DNA of 64,000 bases, from contig CBDAQI010000010.1 in assembly GCA_965198945.1 (NCBI GenBank), positions 64,001 through 128,000 of the forward strand. The letters run 5' to 3'. Shown in pieces: positions 20,200-30,138 of this stretch. Origin of the DNA: Thermodesulfobacteriota bacterium (GTDB lineage: Bacteria; Desulfobacterota_D; UBA1144; Nemesobacterales; Mycalebacteriaceae). Under the pieces are notes generated by a model. It was not told the DNA's origin. It worked only from the letters and a program-made list of their open reading frames with translations, and searched no databases. The position numbers were made by a program, and so were the translations under genes. Numbering within the stretch: the first letter of the stretch is position 1; every line of letters begins with the position of its first letter.

Positions 20200-22020
20200 A
20201 TGAAAAAAATACTTTTCCAAGACACGTCTTTCAGAGACGGTTTTCAGTCATTTTTCGGCGCGCGTGTGCTGACAAAAGATTTTATTCCGGCGGTTGAGGC
20301 CGCTTCTCATGCCGGAATAACACATTTTGAAGCCGGTGGCGGGGCAAGGTTTCAAAGCCTTTTTCTCTATTGCGGGGAGTCCGCGTTTGAAATGATGGAC
20401 AGCTTCAGAAAAGCCGCGGGTCCCGATGCCAATCTTCAGACCCTTGCAAGGGGGATTAACGTGGTTGCGCTCTCGGCTCAACCCAAAGACATGATTGACC
20501 TTCATGCGAAAATGTTCAAAAAACACGGCATAACGCATATAAGAAATTTTGACGCCCTCAACGATGTCAGGAACCTTGAGTATTCCGCACAGTGCATAAA
20601 AAACGCGGGAATTCACCATCAGGTTGTCGTAACAATGATGGAACTTCCGCCCGGATGTGAAGGCGCCCACGACTCTGATTTCTATGTTTCCAAAGTCCGT
20701 GAAATACTTGACTCCGGTCTTCCCTTTGACTCAATCTGCTTCAAAGACGCTTCGGGAACATCAAATCCCCGGAAGGTTTATGACACGGTCAAACGCGCGA
20801 GGGAACTTGTCGGGGAAAACACAGTCCTGTGGGTGCATACTCATGAGACGGCCGCCCAGGGCGTTCTCCAATACACGGCCGCAATAGAGGCCGGGTGTGA
20901 CGGCATTTGTGTCGCAAGATCCCCCGTTTCGGGCGGGACTGCTCAGCCGGACATGATTTCCATGTGCGGCGCCCTCAAGGGAACCGAATTCACCCTTGAT
21001 GTGGATTTGAAAAAAATCCTTGAGGCAAACGCGATTTTCAAGGAATGCATGGCGGATTACTATTTTCCTCCGGAAGCGCTGGGAATTTCGCCCGAGGTTC
21101 TGCTTTCTCCGATGCCGGGCGGAGCGCTTACCGCAAACACAATGATGATGCGCGACACCAATACACTTGACCTCTACCCGAAAGTGATAGAAGAGATGTC
21201 CGAGTGTGTCGCAAGAGGCGGGTTCGGCACTTCGGTGACGCCGGTTTCACAGTTCTATTTTCAGCAGGCCTTTGCAAATGTTACACAAGGCAGGTGGAAG
21301 AAAATATCGGACGGATACGGTAACATGGTGCTTGGTTACTTCGGACGCACGCCCGTTGCGCCCGACCCCGAAGTTGTAAAAATCGCCGAAGAGCAGATGG
21401 GCAAACCCCGTTTTGAAGGAGACCCTCTTGAGGTGATTGAACCGGGAATTCCGGTTGCAAAAACAGTTCTTGAAAAAGAAGGCCTTCCCATTACAGACGA
21501 AAACATTTTTATAGTCGGAGCTCTTGCGACCCCGAGCGGCAACAAAGGGCTTGATTTTCTGAAGGGCGATTTCTCGGTAAATGTCAGAAAAGGCGAGGCA
21601 TCAAAACCGCAGGTGTCCGGTGATGCGGATAAACTCTCTGATTCCTTCACCGCCACTGTTGACGGCAAAAAATACGCCGTTCGCGTTAAAGAAAAAGACG
21701 GCGGTTTCACGGTCGCGGTTGATGGCAGAGACTACTCCGTGGGGATTGGCGAAGGGGGGGATGTCCCCGCTCAGGCTTCCGCCGCGCCGGCGGGAGGCGA
21801 TGTCATGCCGATTATCGCGGCGGTTCCCGGAAATATCTGTAAACTGTCGGTTTCCGTTGGAGACAGTGTTGAGGAAAACCAGACTCTCCTTGTTCTTGAA
21901 GCGATGAAGATGGAAACTCCGGTCTCTTCTCCCTGTTCGGGAGTTGTGGCCTCAATAGAGGTTGTTGTGGGTGATGTTGTTGAATCGGGTCAGGCTTTGA
22001 TGACCATAGCCCCGAATTGA
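20200..22020 (+). CDS. oadA: oxaloacetate decarboxylase alpha subunit (carboxyltransferase + biotinyl domain)
   Basis: DTSFRDGFQS, FKDASG, HTH, PGG, VTPVSQ, biotin site EAMKME. Confidence 0.9.
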   Translation: MKKILFQDTSFRDGFQSFFGARVLTKDFIPAVEAASHAGITHFEAGGGARFQSLFLYCGESAFEMMDSFRKAAGPDANLQTLARGINVVALSAQPKDMIDLHAKMFKKHGITHIRNFDALNDVRNLEYSAQCIKNAGIHHQVVVTMMELPPGCEGAHDSDFYVSKVREILDSGLPFDSICFKDASGTSNPRKVYDTVKRARELVGENTVLWVHTHETAAQGVLQYTAAIEAGCDGICVARSPVSGGTAQPDMISMCGALKGTEFTLDVDLKKILEANAIFKECMADYYFPPEALGISPEVLLSPMPGGALTANTMMMRDTNTLDLYPKVIEEMSECVARGGFGTSVTPVSQFYFQQAFANVTQGRWKKISDGYGNMVLGYFGRTPVAPDPEVVKIAEEQMGKPRFEGDPLEVIEPGIPVAKTVLEKEGLPITDENIFIVGALATPSGNKGLDFLKGDFSVNVRKGEASKPQVSGDADKLSDSFTATVDGKKYAVRVKEKDGGFTVAVDGRDYSVGIGEGGDVPAQASAAPAGGDVMPIIAAVPGNICKLSVSVGDSVEENQTLLVLEAMKMETPVSSPCSGVVASIEVVVGDVVESGQALMTIAPN

Positions 22021-22042
22021 CGATTAATCCGCGCCGTTTGAT

Positions 22043-23317
22043 ATGAGAAAGACACATTTATTTGCCGTTTCAGCAGTCTTGATGGCGGCGGCTTTTGCGC
22101 TTTTTGTTTCCCCGGCTTTTGCGGCTCTCGGCGAGGGCTCTCAGCTTCCGGGTCTTATGGACATTTTCCGCAATCTTGCGAAGGAAACCGGGGTTAACGG
22201 CTTTTTCTCTTCAGGCGATTCCTGGATTGACGGCCCCGGACGGCTGATCATGGTTTGCGTCGGTTTTGCGCTTCTTTATCTCGGAATTGCAAAGCAGTTT
22301 GAGCCTCTGTTGCTTGTTACAATAGGTTTCGGGTGTGTGCTTTCCAACATACCTCTCGCGGGAATAAGTGAACCGGGGGGAATACTGAACTACGTTTACA
22401 ACGCGGGTATAAAAACCGGAATTTTTCCGCTGATAATTTTCATGGGAGTCGGCGCGCTTACTGATTTCGGTCCCCTTCTCGCCAATCCCAGAACCATACT
22501 TCTCGGAGTTGCCGCGCAGTTCGGCATATTTGCCACGCTGATAGGAGCGCTGGCACTCACGCGATTTGTTGACGGCATAGATTTTTCCTTTGCGGATGCG
22601 GCCTCCATAGGCATAATAGGAGGTGCGGACGGGCCCACAGCCATTTATGTTTCCTCTCAGTTGTCGCCGCGTCTTCTCGGGGCGATTTCAGTTTCCGCAT
22701 ATTCTTATATGGCCCTTGTTCCCCTGATACAGCCACCGATAATGAAGGCTCTTACGACAAAAGAGGAAAGGATGATAAGGATGGAGCAGCTAAGGCCTGT
22801 CGGGAAAGTTGAGAAAATCATGTTCCCTCTCATCTCGGTCACTCTTTGCGCTCTCTTTCTGCCGTCCGCCGCCCCGCTTATCGGTTTTTTTATGTTCGGC
22901 AATCTTATGAAAGAGTGCGGCGTGGTAGATCGTCTTTCGGACACGGTGCAGAACTCCCTTATCAACATAACCACAATATTTCTCGGTCTCGGGGTCGGTT
23001 CAAAGCTTTCCGCCACGGAGTTTCTCAGTATTGAGACAATCGGAATTCTTCTGCTCGGTGTTGTCGCTTTCTGCATAGGGACCGCCGCCGGGGTTCTGAA
23101 GGCGAAGTTTCTGAATCTTTTTTCCAAAAACAAAATAAACCCGCTTATTGGTTCCGCGGGCGTTTCTGCCGTTCCGATGGCGGCGCGTGTTTCGCAGGAT
23201 GTCGGCGCGAAGGAAGATCCTCAAAACTTTTTGCTTATGCATGCGATGGGTCCAAATGTGGCCGGAGTTCTCGGTTCCGCGGTCGCGGCGGGAATTTTGC
23301 TTGCGGTGTTTTCTTGA
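22043..23317 (+). CDS. oadB: Na+-transporting decarboxylase beta subunit
   Basis: [53 protein letters not shown]. Confidence 0.96.
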   Translation: MRKTHLFAVSAVLMAAAFALFVSPAFAALGEGSQLPGLMDIFRNLAKETGVNGFFSSGDSWIDGPGRLIMVCVGFALLYLGIAKQFEPLLLVTIGFGCVLSNIPLAGISEPGGILNYVYNAGIKTGIFPLIIFMGVGALTDFGPLLANPRTILLGVAAQFGIFATLIGALALTRFVDGIDFSFADAASIGIIGGADGPTAIYVSSQLSPRLLGAISVSAYSYMALVPLIQPPIMKALTTKEERMIRMEQLRPVGKVEKIMFPLISVTLCALFLPSAAPLIGFFMFGNLMKECGVVDRLSDTVQNSLINITTIFLGLGVGSKLSATEFLSIETIGILLLGVVAFCIGTAAGVLKAKFLNLFSKNKINPLIGSAGVSAVPMAARVSQDVGAKEDPQNFLLMHAMGPNVAGVLGSAVAAGILLAVFS

Positions 23318-23730
23318 AAAACGTTTTTATGGAGTTTGGAAAGCCCGTTATTTTTTTTGACGGCGTCTGCGGTTTATGCAACGGGTTTGTTGATTTTATT
23401 ATAAAGCGCGACCGCAAAGACGGATTTCTTTTTTCACCGCTTCAGGGTGAGACCGCAGCGAAATTTCTTCCGGCTCTTTCCGACAGTTTTCAGCAGTGGG
23501 ACATTGTCTATGCGGACGAAGACGGGTTTCACAGAGCTTCTGACGCCACGATAAAAATTGTTTCAAAACTGGGGGGTATATGGGCTGCGACCGGTATTTT
23601 TATTTTTGTTCCCAAATTCATAAGAGACGCTCTCTACCGCCATGTGGCCGCAAACCGTTACAAATGGTTTGGCAGGTGGGATTTCTGCCGGATTCCCTCG
23701 GAAGACGAAAAAAGCAAGTTTCTTCCCTGA
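23314..23730 (+). CDS. DCC1-like (DUF393) thiol-disulfide oxidoreductase
   Basis: [10 protein letters not shown] (DxxCxxC), FSPLQ, P.FIRD.LY..VA.NRY.WFG...CRIP. Confidence 0.9.
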   Translation: MKNVFMEFGKPVIFFDGVCGLCNGFVDFIIKRDRKDGFLFSPLQGETAAKFLPALSDSFQQWDIVYADEDGFHRASDATIKIVSKLGGIWAATGIFIFVPKFIRDALYRHVAANRYKWFGRWDFCRIPSEDEKSKFLP

Positions 23731-23745
23731 TATGTTAAAACGCTT

Positions 23746-24336
23746 ATGAATGGAAGAAAAAAATCCGTAAAAAGGTTTATATCCGCCATTTTGATACTGC
23801 AGGGGCTTTATGTGGTGTTTCCCCTTCCAGACATCTGGCCCGTGTCCAACTACCCGATGTTCAGCCGTGCGTCCGGCGCCTCCGTTGTCTATTCAAAACA
23901 AATAGTCGCTGTTACCAAAGACGGTGAGCGTGAGCTGAGAGCCACTGATATAGCCCCTTTTGACATTGTGCGTCTTTCAAAAGGGATAGACAGAATTACC
24001 CATGGGGACAGGTTTGCGGAGAAGGATGACAGAAGAATAAACCGCATAATTGACGCCCTTCAACTAAGTCTCTCAGACGGCGAGTCTGTGAGGCGTTTTA
24101 TAAAAACGAAACTTCTTTACCAAAAAAACGCCGGAAGCGTGGAAGATGAATTGAAAACGGTTTTTCAATATCTGTCAGAGCAGTATAAGCGCAATGGCGG
24201 TCCGGATGATTTTTCTGAAATTAGACTTTACAACATAAGGCATGATTGGACGGATGTTCCGCCGCTGTCGGCCGAGACGGAAAAAATTCTGATCTATTCA
24301 ACAAAAACCGGAATGGGAGAGAAATGGAGCAAATAG
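23746..24336 (+). CDS. membrane-anchored protein of an HTTM-associated type
   Basis: N-terminal TM followed by WPVSNYPMFS, a motif I associate with the soluble C-terminal parts of HTTM proteins; overlaps the next gene. Confidence 0.55.
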   Translation: MNGRKKSVKRFISAILILQGLYVVFPLPDIWPVSNYPMFSRASGASVVYSKQIVAVTKDGERELRATDIAPFDIVRLSKGIDRITHGDRFAEKDDRRINRIIDALQLSLSDGESVRRFIKTKLLYQKNAGSVEDELKTVFQYLSEQYKRNGGPDDFSEIRLYNIRHDWTDVPPLSAETEKILIYSTKTGMGEKWSK

Positions 24337-25226
24337 CGGGAAAATTAAAAGACCGTTTTTTCGGTTTTTTCTTTGCCGAATCGGAAGCTTCGGCGCTTGG
24401 GGTTTGCAGGTTTTTATTCTGCGGATTTATTTTTGTTTATTACCTCGGCGCAAATTTTGCAGACTGGGGTCTGGTTCCCGATGAGCTCTGGCATCCGATT
24501 TTTCTGTTTGATATTTTCAACCTGCCGGTTTTTTCCCCGGCTGTCCTCAAGGTTCTGGGACTGGTCTGGCTTGCCTGTGTTTTTTTGAGCGCGGTCGGAT
24601 TTTTCTCCCGTCCAGCCACATTTCTGTCATTTGTCATTGGTTTCTATCTCATCGGAATGACCAACAGTTTTTCCAAAACCCATCACATGGAAACCATCGT
24701 GCTTTTTGTTTTCGCAATTCTGGCTTTTTCCCGTTGCGGAGACGGTTTTTCGGTGGACCGGCTGATAAAATCTCGTCGCGGCGAGCGCATTTCTCCTTCG
24801 TGGGAATACGGGTGGCCCGTCAAATTAATTCAGGTGCTTATGATTTTCTTTTTCTGCGCCGCGGGACTTTCAAAATTGAGAAATTCTGGGCTTGAATGGG
24901 TTTTTTCAGAAAACTTGTCCGGCCTTTTTATTTCCGGACTGCTTGGAAATCAGAGGCACGAGCCGCTTTTTGACTGGCTCACTTTGATGCTTGCGCAGAA
25001 ACATATCTCAATTTTTCTTGCAGGAATCACCTTACTTCTTGAACTGTTGGCACCGCTCGCATTTTTTGGACGACGTTTGAAAGTTGTTATCGGCATGGGG
25101 CTGTTTTTTATGATGGCGGGTTTCTGGGTGGTGATGGGGCTTGCTTTTCCGCAGTGGATTGCGGCTTTTGTATTCTGGTTGCCGTGGGATGAGGTGGTTC
25201 GCAGAACGAATATCAGGAGCGGATAA
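24324..25226 (+). CDS. HTTM-domain (vitamin K-dependent carboxylase-like) membrane protein
   Basis: ALG.CR.L, L..VG.F.R, KTHH, C.D.FSVD, WPV.LIQ...AGLSKL..SG.EW, LLLEL..P. Confidence 0.8.
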   Translation: MEQIAGKLKDRFFGFFFAESEASALGVCRFLFCGFIFVYYLGANFADWGLVPDELWHPIFLFDIFNLPVFSPAVLKVLGLVWLACVFLSAVGFFSRPATFLSFVIGFYLIGMTNSFSKTHHMETIVLFVFAILAFSRCGDGFSVDRLIKSRRGERISPSWEYGWPVKLIQVLMIFFFCAAGLSKLRNSGLEWVFSENLSGLFISGLLGNQRHEPLFDWLTLMLAQKHISIFLAGITLLLELLAPLAFFGRRLKVVIGMGLFFMMAGFWVVMGLAFPQWIAAFVFWLPWDEVVRRTNIRSG

Positions 25227-25766
25227 ATTAAAAACGGAACAGTTTTTCTTCTTTGTATTGCGCTGGTTTTTGCGGGTTTTCCTCTACTGTCCGCGGAAGC
25301 GGTTGATAATGGCAGGGCGCTGCCGGAATTCACATCAAAAAACCCGCAGGACTGGATTAACTCAAAGCCGCTGAAAAAATCAGATCTTAAGGGCGGGGTA
25401 ACTCTCATATATTTCTGGGCTTTTGACTGCTGGAATTCATACCGTTCTTTCCCGTGGCTGCGCGGAATTGAAAAGCGTTTCGCGGACAGGCGGTTTAAGG
25501 TGGTCGGCATACACACGCCTGAGTTTGAGCGCGAAAAAAGCAGAAAAAATCTTGAGGCGAAAGTGAAAGAGTTCAAACTTGCTCATCCAGTTATGATGGA
25601 CAATAATTTCAGATACTGGCGAAAAATGAACAACCGCTACTGGCCCGCTTTTTATCTCGTGGACGGAGAGGGCGATGTCGTCTATAAAATGATAGGGGAA
25701 ACGCACAAAGGACAGAAAAAAGCGGAAGAGTTTGAAAGGGCTTTGGAGGGTTTGGTTAACCAGTGA
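25227..25766 (+). CDS. exported DipZ/TlpA-like redoxin with CxxS motif, probable ATT start
   Basis: Frame open from 25227: (M)KNGTVFLLCIALVFAGFPLLSAEA-...WINSKPL..DL.G.V...FWAFDCWNS...VGIHTPEF...NRYWPAFYLVD. SD AGGAG at 25215-25219. Confidence 0.8.
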   Translation: MKNGTVFLLCIALVFAGFPLLSAEAVDNGRALPEFTSKNPQDWINSKPLKKSDLKGGVTLIYFWAFDCWNSYRSFPWLRGIEKRFADRRFKVVGIHTPEFEREKSRKNLEAKVKEFKLAHPVMMDNNFRYWRKMNNRYWPAFYLVDGEGDVVYKMIGETHKGQKKAEEFERALEGLVNQ

Positions 25767-25813
25767 ATCTGGTAGACTTTTCTTGAAAAAAATTATATCG
25801 TGGGCTTGAATGT

Positions 25814-26971
25814 ATGAACAGAATTGAAAGTACATTAAGAAAGGAAGTTAAGAAGGTTCTTGTTGGTCAGGGGTATAGGATTAGCAAAGGGCAGTTTTGC
25901 TTTGACACAGATAATATAGAAAAAAAGCGATATTTGCATCAATTTTCCCGGGCGGAAAGAATTAGAGAAAATTTTGATTTTATAAGATCATTTTTGCCTG
26001 AAGCCAGAAAACATCTTCTTGATAGTTCAAGTTTAGAAGTCTCAAAAATTCAACCCAGATTATTAGAAATAAAGTCAGGAACAAGAGAAGGAAGTTTATT
26101 CCGTTGGTGGAACCTTGTTTGGTGGAGCCTCCCATATGAAAAATCATATGGAAGACAGATGAGGTTTATTGTATGGGATGAATATCACGACGCTCCGATT
26201 GGTCTGATAGGTTTACAAAGTCCTCTTCTTTCTTGGAGTGTTAGAGACAAATACCTTTCAATAGGAGTCAAACAAAGAGATTACTGGGTAAATCAATCTC
26301 TTTCTGCTCAAAGATTGGGTTCACTTCCTCCTTACAATGGGTTTTTAGGTGGAAAACTGGTTGCTTCACTGATGACGTCGGATTTGGTTAGGGAATCTTT
26401 TAATAAAAAATATAATGAAAGTCAAACATTGCTTTTGAGAAGGAGATTGCCGGCAAATCTGCTTTTTATAACTACTACGGGTGCATATGGGAAGAGCAGT
26501 GTTTACAATCGGCTCAAGTTTAATGAGGAAAAAATCTGTGATTTTATCGGCTACACAAGAGGAAGTGGTTCATTTCATATATCTAATACTCTTTACGAAA
26601 GTTTTGTCAGTTATCTGAGAGACCAGGGCTATAAGGCAGGAAGGTCTTTTGGGAACGGTCCTTCTGTTAAAATGAGAAATATAAGGAAAGCAATGAACTT
26701 GTTAGGTTTCAAAAACGGCTGTGAGCATGGAATGAAAAGAGCTGTATACCTTTTTCCATTTGTTTCAAATTTGAAACCTGTAATACAGAAAGAGCAAAAG
26801 CCTGTTTGGTATCAAAGAAGTATAGAAGATTTGACAAACTACTGGAAAGAAAGGTGGGCTTGTAAAAGAGTCGACAATCATGAGAAAAGTTTTTTTTCCG
26901 GTGAAGATTATATTGATGAATTGTTAAAAGATTTGGCAAATTGCGAGAAACTTGCGAGTAAGAATATTTAG
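25814..26971 (+). CDS. DruA-like (DUF4338) protein
   Basis: WSLPY..SYGR.MRF.VWD......IGLIGL.SP......RD..., LGS.PPYN..LGGKLVA....S, L..ITTT.A.G.SS.YNRL, G.T.GSG.FH. These match my recollection of Druantia DruA/DUF4338; 385 aa. Confidence 0.8.
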   Translation: MNRIESTLRKEVKKVLVGQGYRISKGQFCFDTDNIEKKRYLHQFSRAERIRENFDFIRSFLPEARKHLLDSSSLEVSKIQPRLLEIKSGTREGSLFRWWNLVWWSLPYEKSYGRQMRFIVWDEYHDAPIGLIGLQSPLLSWSVRDKYLSIGVKQRDYWVNQSLSAQRLGSLPPYNGFLGGKLVASLMTSDLVRESFNKKYNESQTLLLRRRLPANLLFITTTGAYGKSSVYNRLKFNEEKICDFIGYTRGSGSFHISNTLYESFVSYLRDQGYKAGRSFGNGPSVKMRNIRKAMNLLGFKNGCEHGMKRAVYLFPFVSNLKPVIQKEQKPVWYQRSIEDLTNYWKERWACKRVDNHEKSFFSGEDYIDELLKDLANCEKLASKNI

Positions 26972-26973
26972 TT

Positions 26974-28155
26974 ATGGACAAAAAACCTTACGCATATTTG
27001 CCAGAAGATCTTTTGTTGCAAATGCTTGAAAAAGCGCCTCAAACTGCAAAACAATTGGCAAATGCAATTGAAGTCAATGAATCTCAAGTAGAAAAAGCAA
27101 GGAGTTTATTAAAAGATAAAGACTTTATTATATCTTGTTCTGGAGGCGATGTTACAGAATCAATTATGGCTACTGATGGTGCCAATATTATTGAACATAA
27201 GGCAAGTGCTGACATTGTTTTGGCAATTGCAGTTGGAGTAGATGGTCTTTCAAAAGAATCTTCAACTCATTGGCCTGAAGGCTCGCGACAGTATCAGCAA
27301 TGGCAAGATGCGTTACCTCACCACGTTGCTAATTCAAGATTGGCACAAGGTGTGATGTTCCTTATGGAATTAAGCATTCTGGCTGAGACAGACAGAAAAA
27401 TCAGAATAATGGATGGTTCTCATATAACTGCTATTCTCAAGCTCAATAGTTTGTTAAGTGCTAATGATGAAGATAGAGCTGATAAGCCATACGTGAAAGC
27501 CCTCTCAAGATTCCTGTCTGAAAACTATGACAAAGTCATTCCCGATATACCGGATATTATCGCTTCTGCTTTTTCCGACAAATCTATAATAAGTCTTACC
27601 AAATATTCTTCTTCAAGGGAGATTATAGACTCTCAATTGCAAACACTTGAAATAGTTGCCGATGACAAGGTTTTTATGTCTACGCTTCTTGAGGAAAATG
27701 AGTATACAAAACCTGTTTCTGTGGGACAATCAGCAAAAGATAAAAAAATGTGGGAAGATTTTCATATAAAGTGCAATTTGCCAGTTGACGGAGTAAATAA
27801 TTCGGAACTTGAAAATCGTCTTGAAGATGCAATTGCTCCATTCAAAATTACGGAAGATCACGAATCGAATTTGTTTTTTTGTTATTATAAACCTTTGAAA
27901 CATACTATGGCTCATCGAGTTGAATTAAAGAAGAGTCTTGCGGAAAGTAAAAAAGATCTTGAGTTTTTTCTTAGAAGTTTGAAAAAACAAATAATCTTTC
28001 CAGAAATACGAGAGCCATACCCACAGTTTTTAGCAGATATTATTGCCAAAAATATTTATTTTGGAATGGAAGCGGTTAATCAGGCTATTTTCAATAATAA
28101 ACTGCTACATAGCCAGAAAAATTTTGATTTTGTTCTTCCATATAGGACAAGTTAA
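26974..28155 (+). CDS. NurA-family 5'-3' nuclease
   Basis: Acidic motifs IMATDGA and IMDGSH, C-terminal EPYPQFLAD..AK; directly upstream of herA. Confidence 0.8.
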   Translation: MDKKPYAYLPEDLLLQMLEKAPQTAKQLANAIEVNESQVEKARSLLKDKDFIISCSGGDVTESIMATDGANIIEHKASADIVLAIAVGVDGLSKESSTHWPEGSRQYQQWQDALPHHVANSRLAQGVMFLMELSILAETDRKIRIMDGSHITAILKLNSLLSANDEDRADKPYVKALSRFLSENYDKVIPDIPDIIASAFSDKSIISLTKYSSSREIIDSQLQTLEIVADDKVFMSTLLEENEYTKPVSVGQSAKDKKMWEDFHIKCNLPVDGVNNSELENRLEDAIAPFKITEDHESNLFFCYYKPLKHTMAHRVELKKSLAESKKDLEFFLRSLKKQIIFPEIREPYPQFLADIIAKNIYFGMEAVNQAIFNNKLLHSQKNFDFVLPYRTS

Positions 28156-28167
28156 GTAGTAAGTATT

Positions 28168-29913
28168 GTGCCTGTGCCCGAATCTATTATTGACTTACTG
28201 AATTCTGATCAGAAACCCCTTGGAGCAGTCGGTTCTCCAAGTGACACTTTTGAAGCAACTGTTGATGTTCTTGAGGTTAGCGAGAAGGAAAAACTTTTGG
28301 GTGAATTGGCTTGTTTTTGTGTAAAAGAAGGCAGTGGTGATGTGTTTGTACTGGGTCAAATAACTGAAATTACAACAGAAAACAGATGGCACCAATAGCC
28401 ATCCTTTAAAGGTATTATAAAAAGACATGGCAATCTTCCCAATTTAAGTGGTGTAGCAGATAATCGTATCGCTAGGATAAATGTCCAATCCAGTTTTATG
28501 CTGACAAGTAATCAATCAGAAGCAGAAGCACATAAATTAGCAAATTCTCCTTCAACGGGTGTGCCTGTGAAAAGAGTAAGTAATGAGATCATGCAAAAAC
28601 TCGTGAGGCAATATGAAGAACTTGTTTCTCTTGGAAACTCTTACGATACCGATGTCAGTGTGCCATTTTGGTTCAAACACTTTGGCAAGCCAACTGAAGG
28701 GGGAGATGGTGATGCATATCATATTGGAGTTTTTGGCCGTACGGGTTCTGGAAAAACTACAACAGCTGCTAACATGATTTTAGGTTATGCTCGCAATAGT
28801 TCTCATATGAATATTTTGATTCTTGATCCGCAAGAGCAGTTTTACGAAGACAATAATGTGTTGCCAAACGAAGTGAGTTTTAAAGAGCAAATATTAAAAA
28901 CTGGAATGACTTATGAAAAATATAGAGTTCCTGAAGAAGTTGCATTGCCTGATGATGCAAAACTCTTTAGTGAACTTCTATTGAATTATAATTTTATCAA
29001 AATTGCTTTCGATATTTTAACTGAGCAAAAACTTGAAGAAATGAGAGAAGCTATAGAGAGATATGTTAGCATTCGTATAGATAACGGAAGATTAAAAATC
29101 TCTACGAATCCTGAAAAATTATACGAGGATTTGCTTAATTATTTTCTTAATGAGAATGAAAATAAAGAAAGAGAACCCTTGAAGCAGGTCTATAGTACAA
29201 AACCCAAAATAAATGAGATTAAAGAAAATATAAGAAATACAATCTCTTCTAATAAAGGAAAGGAAATCTGGAAAGTGATATGCAGTCTTTTTTCAGAATC
29301 CGGGAAAAAACCTCTCAGAGAGATAGTAAATGAAGTTGTTAGGCAAAATAATTCTCAAAATGGAGAAAATGGCAAGACAATTGTTTTAAACATTTCTGCG
29401 AGAGGGGCTCAAAGGGGAATGGATGATTTGCATGCATTGTATGTAAAAATCATTGAAGATTCTATTAAAGAAAAGGGAGCGAAACTTTATGCAGATGGGA
29501 AAAAAGCAAATTGTCTCGTTGTATTGGACGAAGCTCATCGCTTTATAAATACGTACAATTATGATCAACAAATCAAAGAATTGACTGCCAGCATTATTGA
29601 TGCCGTTCGCACAACCAGAAAGTATGGAATTGGCTATATGTTTATTACTCAAACTATTGAATCACTTCACAGGGAAATTAGAGATCAAATTAGAATATTT
29701 GCTTTTGGTTATGGTCTTACAAGTGGTACAGAATTCGCGCAAATTAAGAATATAATCAACGACGAATCAGGAGCAAAGTTTTATCGTTCTTTTATAGATC
29801 CATCAAGTAATAAAAAGTTTCCGTTCATGTTTTATGGACCTATTTCTCCTCTTTCATTTACAGGTGCGCCTCTTTTCTTAGAAATGAATGGCCAAATTAT
29901 TGATTTTCCATAA
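28168..29913 (+). pseudogene. HerA/FtsK-superfamily ATPase with HAS barrel, in-frame TAG at 28396-28398
   Basis: ORFs 28168..28398 and 28498..29913 are in the same frame (RWHQ*PSFKGIIKRHG...). HAS barrel G.VGSPS, Walker A HIGVFGRTGSGKT, Walker B VVLDEAHRF, RKYGIG..FITQ. Confidence 0.85.
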
Positions 29914-30138
29914 ATTTTTCCTGCATGTCATGTTATTGTCCAGTTTTCTCAATTGCACCTTTTGATTTTCTCCATCTTTTGTTTATAGTCCTTAAATCTC
30001 GAAGTGATCTGATAATTTTCGTATTAGGCAATCGTTCTTTTGTCTCAAACTGCGTTTCTTTATTACCTCAACTATAAAGTGAATTGAGAAAATATTTTCT
30101 GAAAGTTTTTTACTTGTGAAATTAAAATTTCTTCAATC

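Larger units (their letters stand above)
25767..30138. other. AT-rich putative defence island (DruA-like, NurA, HerA)
   Basis: Sharp compositional shift between the redoxin gene and purU; three co-oriented genes with 2 and 12 nt gaps. Confidence 0.8.

Noticed and set aside
28396..28398. TAG as pyrrolysine or stop-codon reassignment
   Set aside because: TAG terminates several intact genes in the window (murG, ftsA, the druA-like gene itself), and no pyl genes are seen.
29914..30138. Possible small ORF or remnant at the right end of the island
   Set aside because: Only a ~40-codon minus-strand frame with no start signal or recognisable motif.
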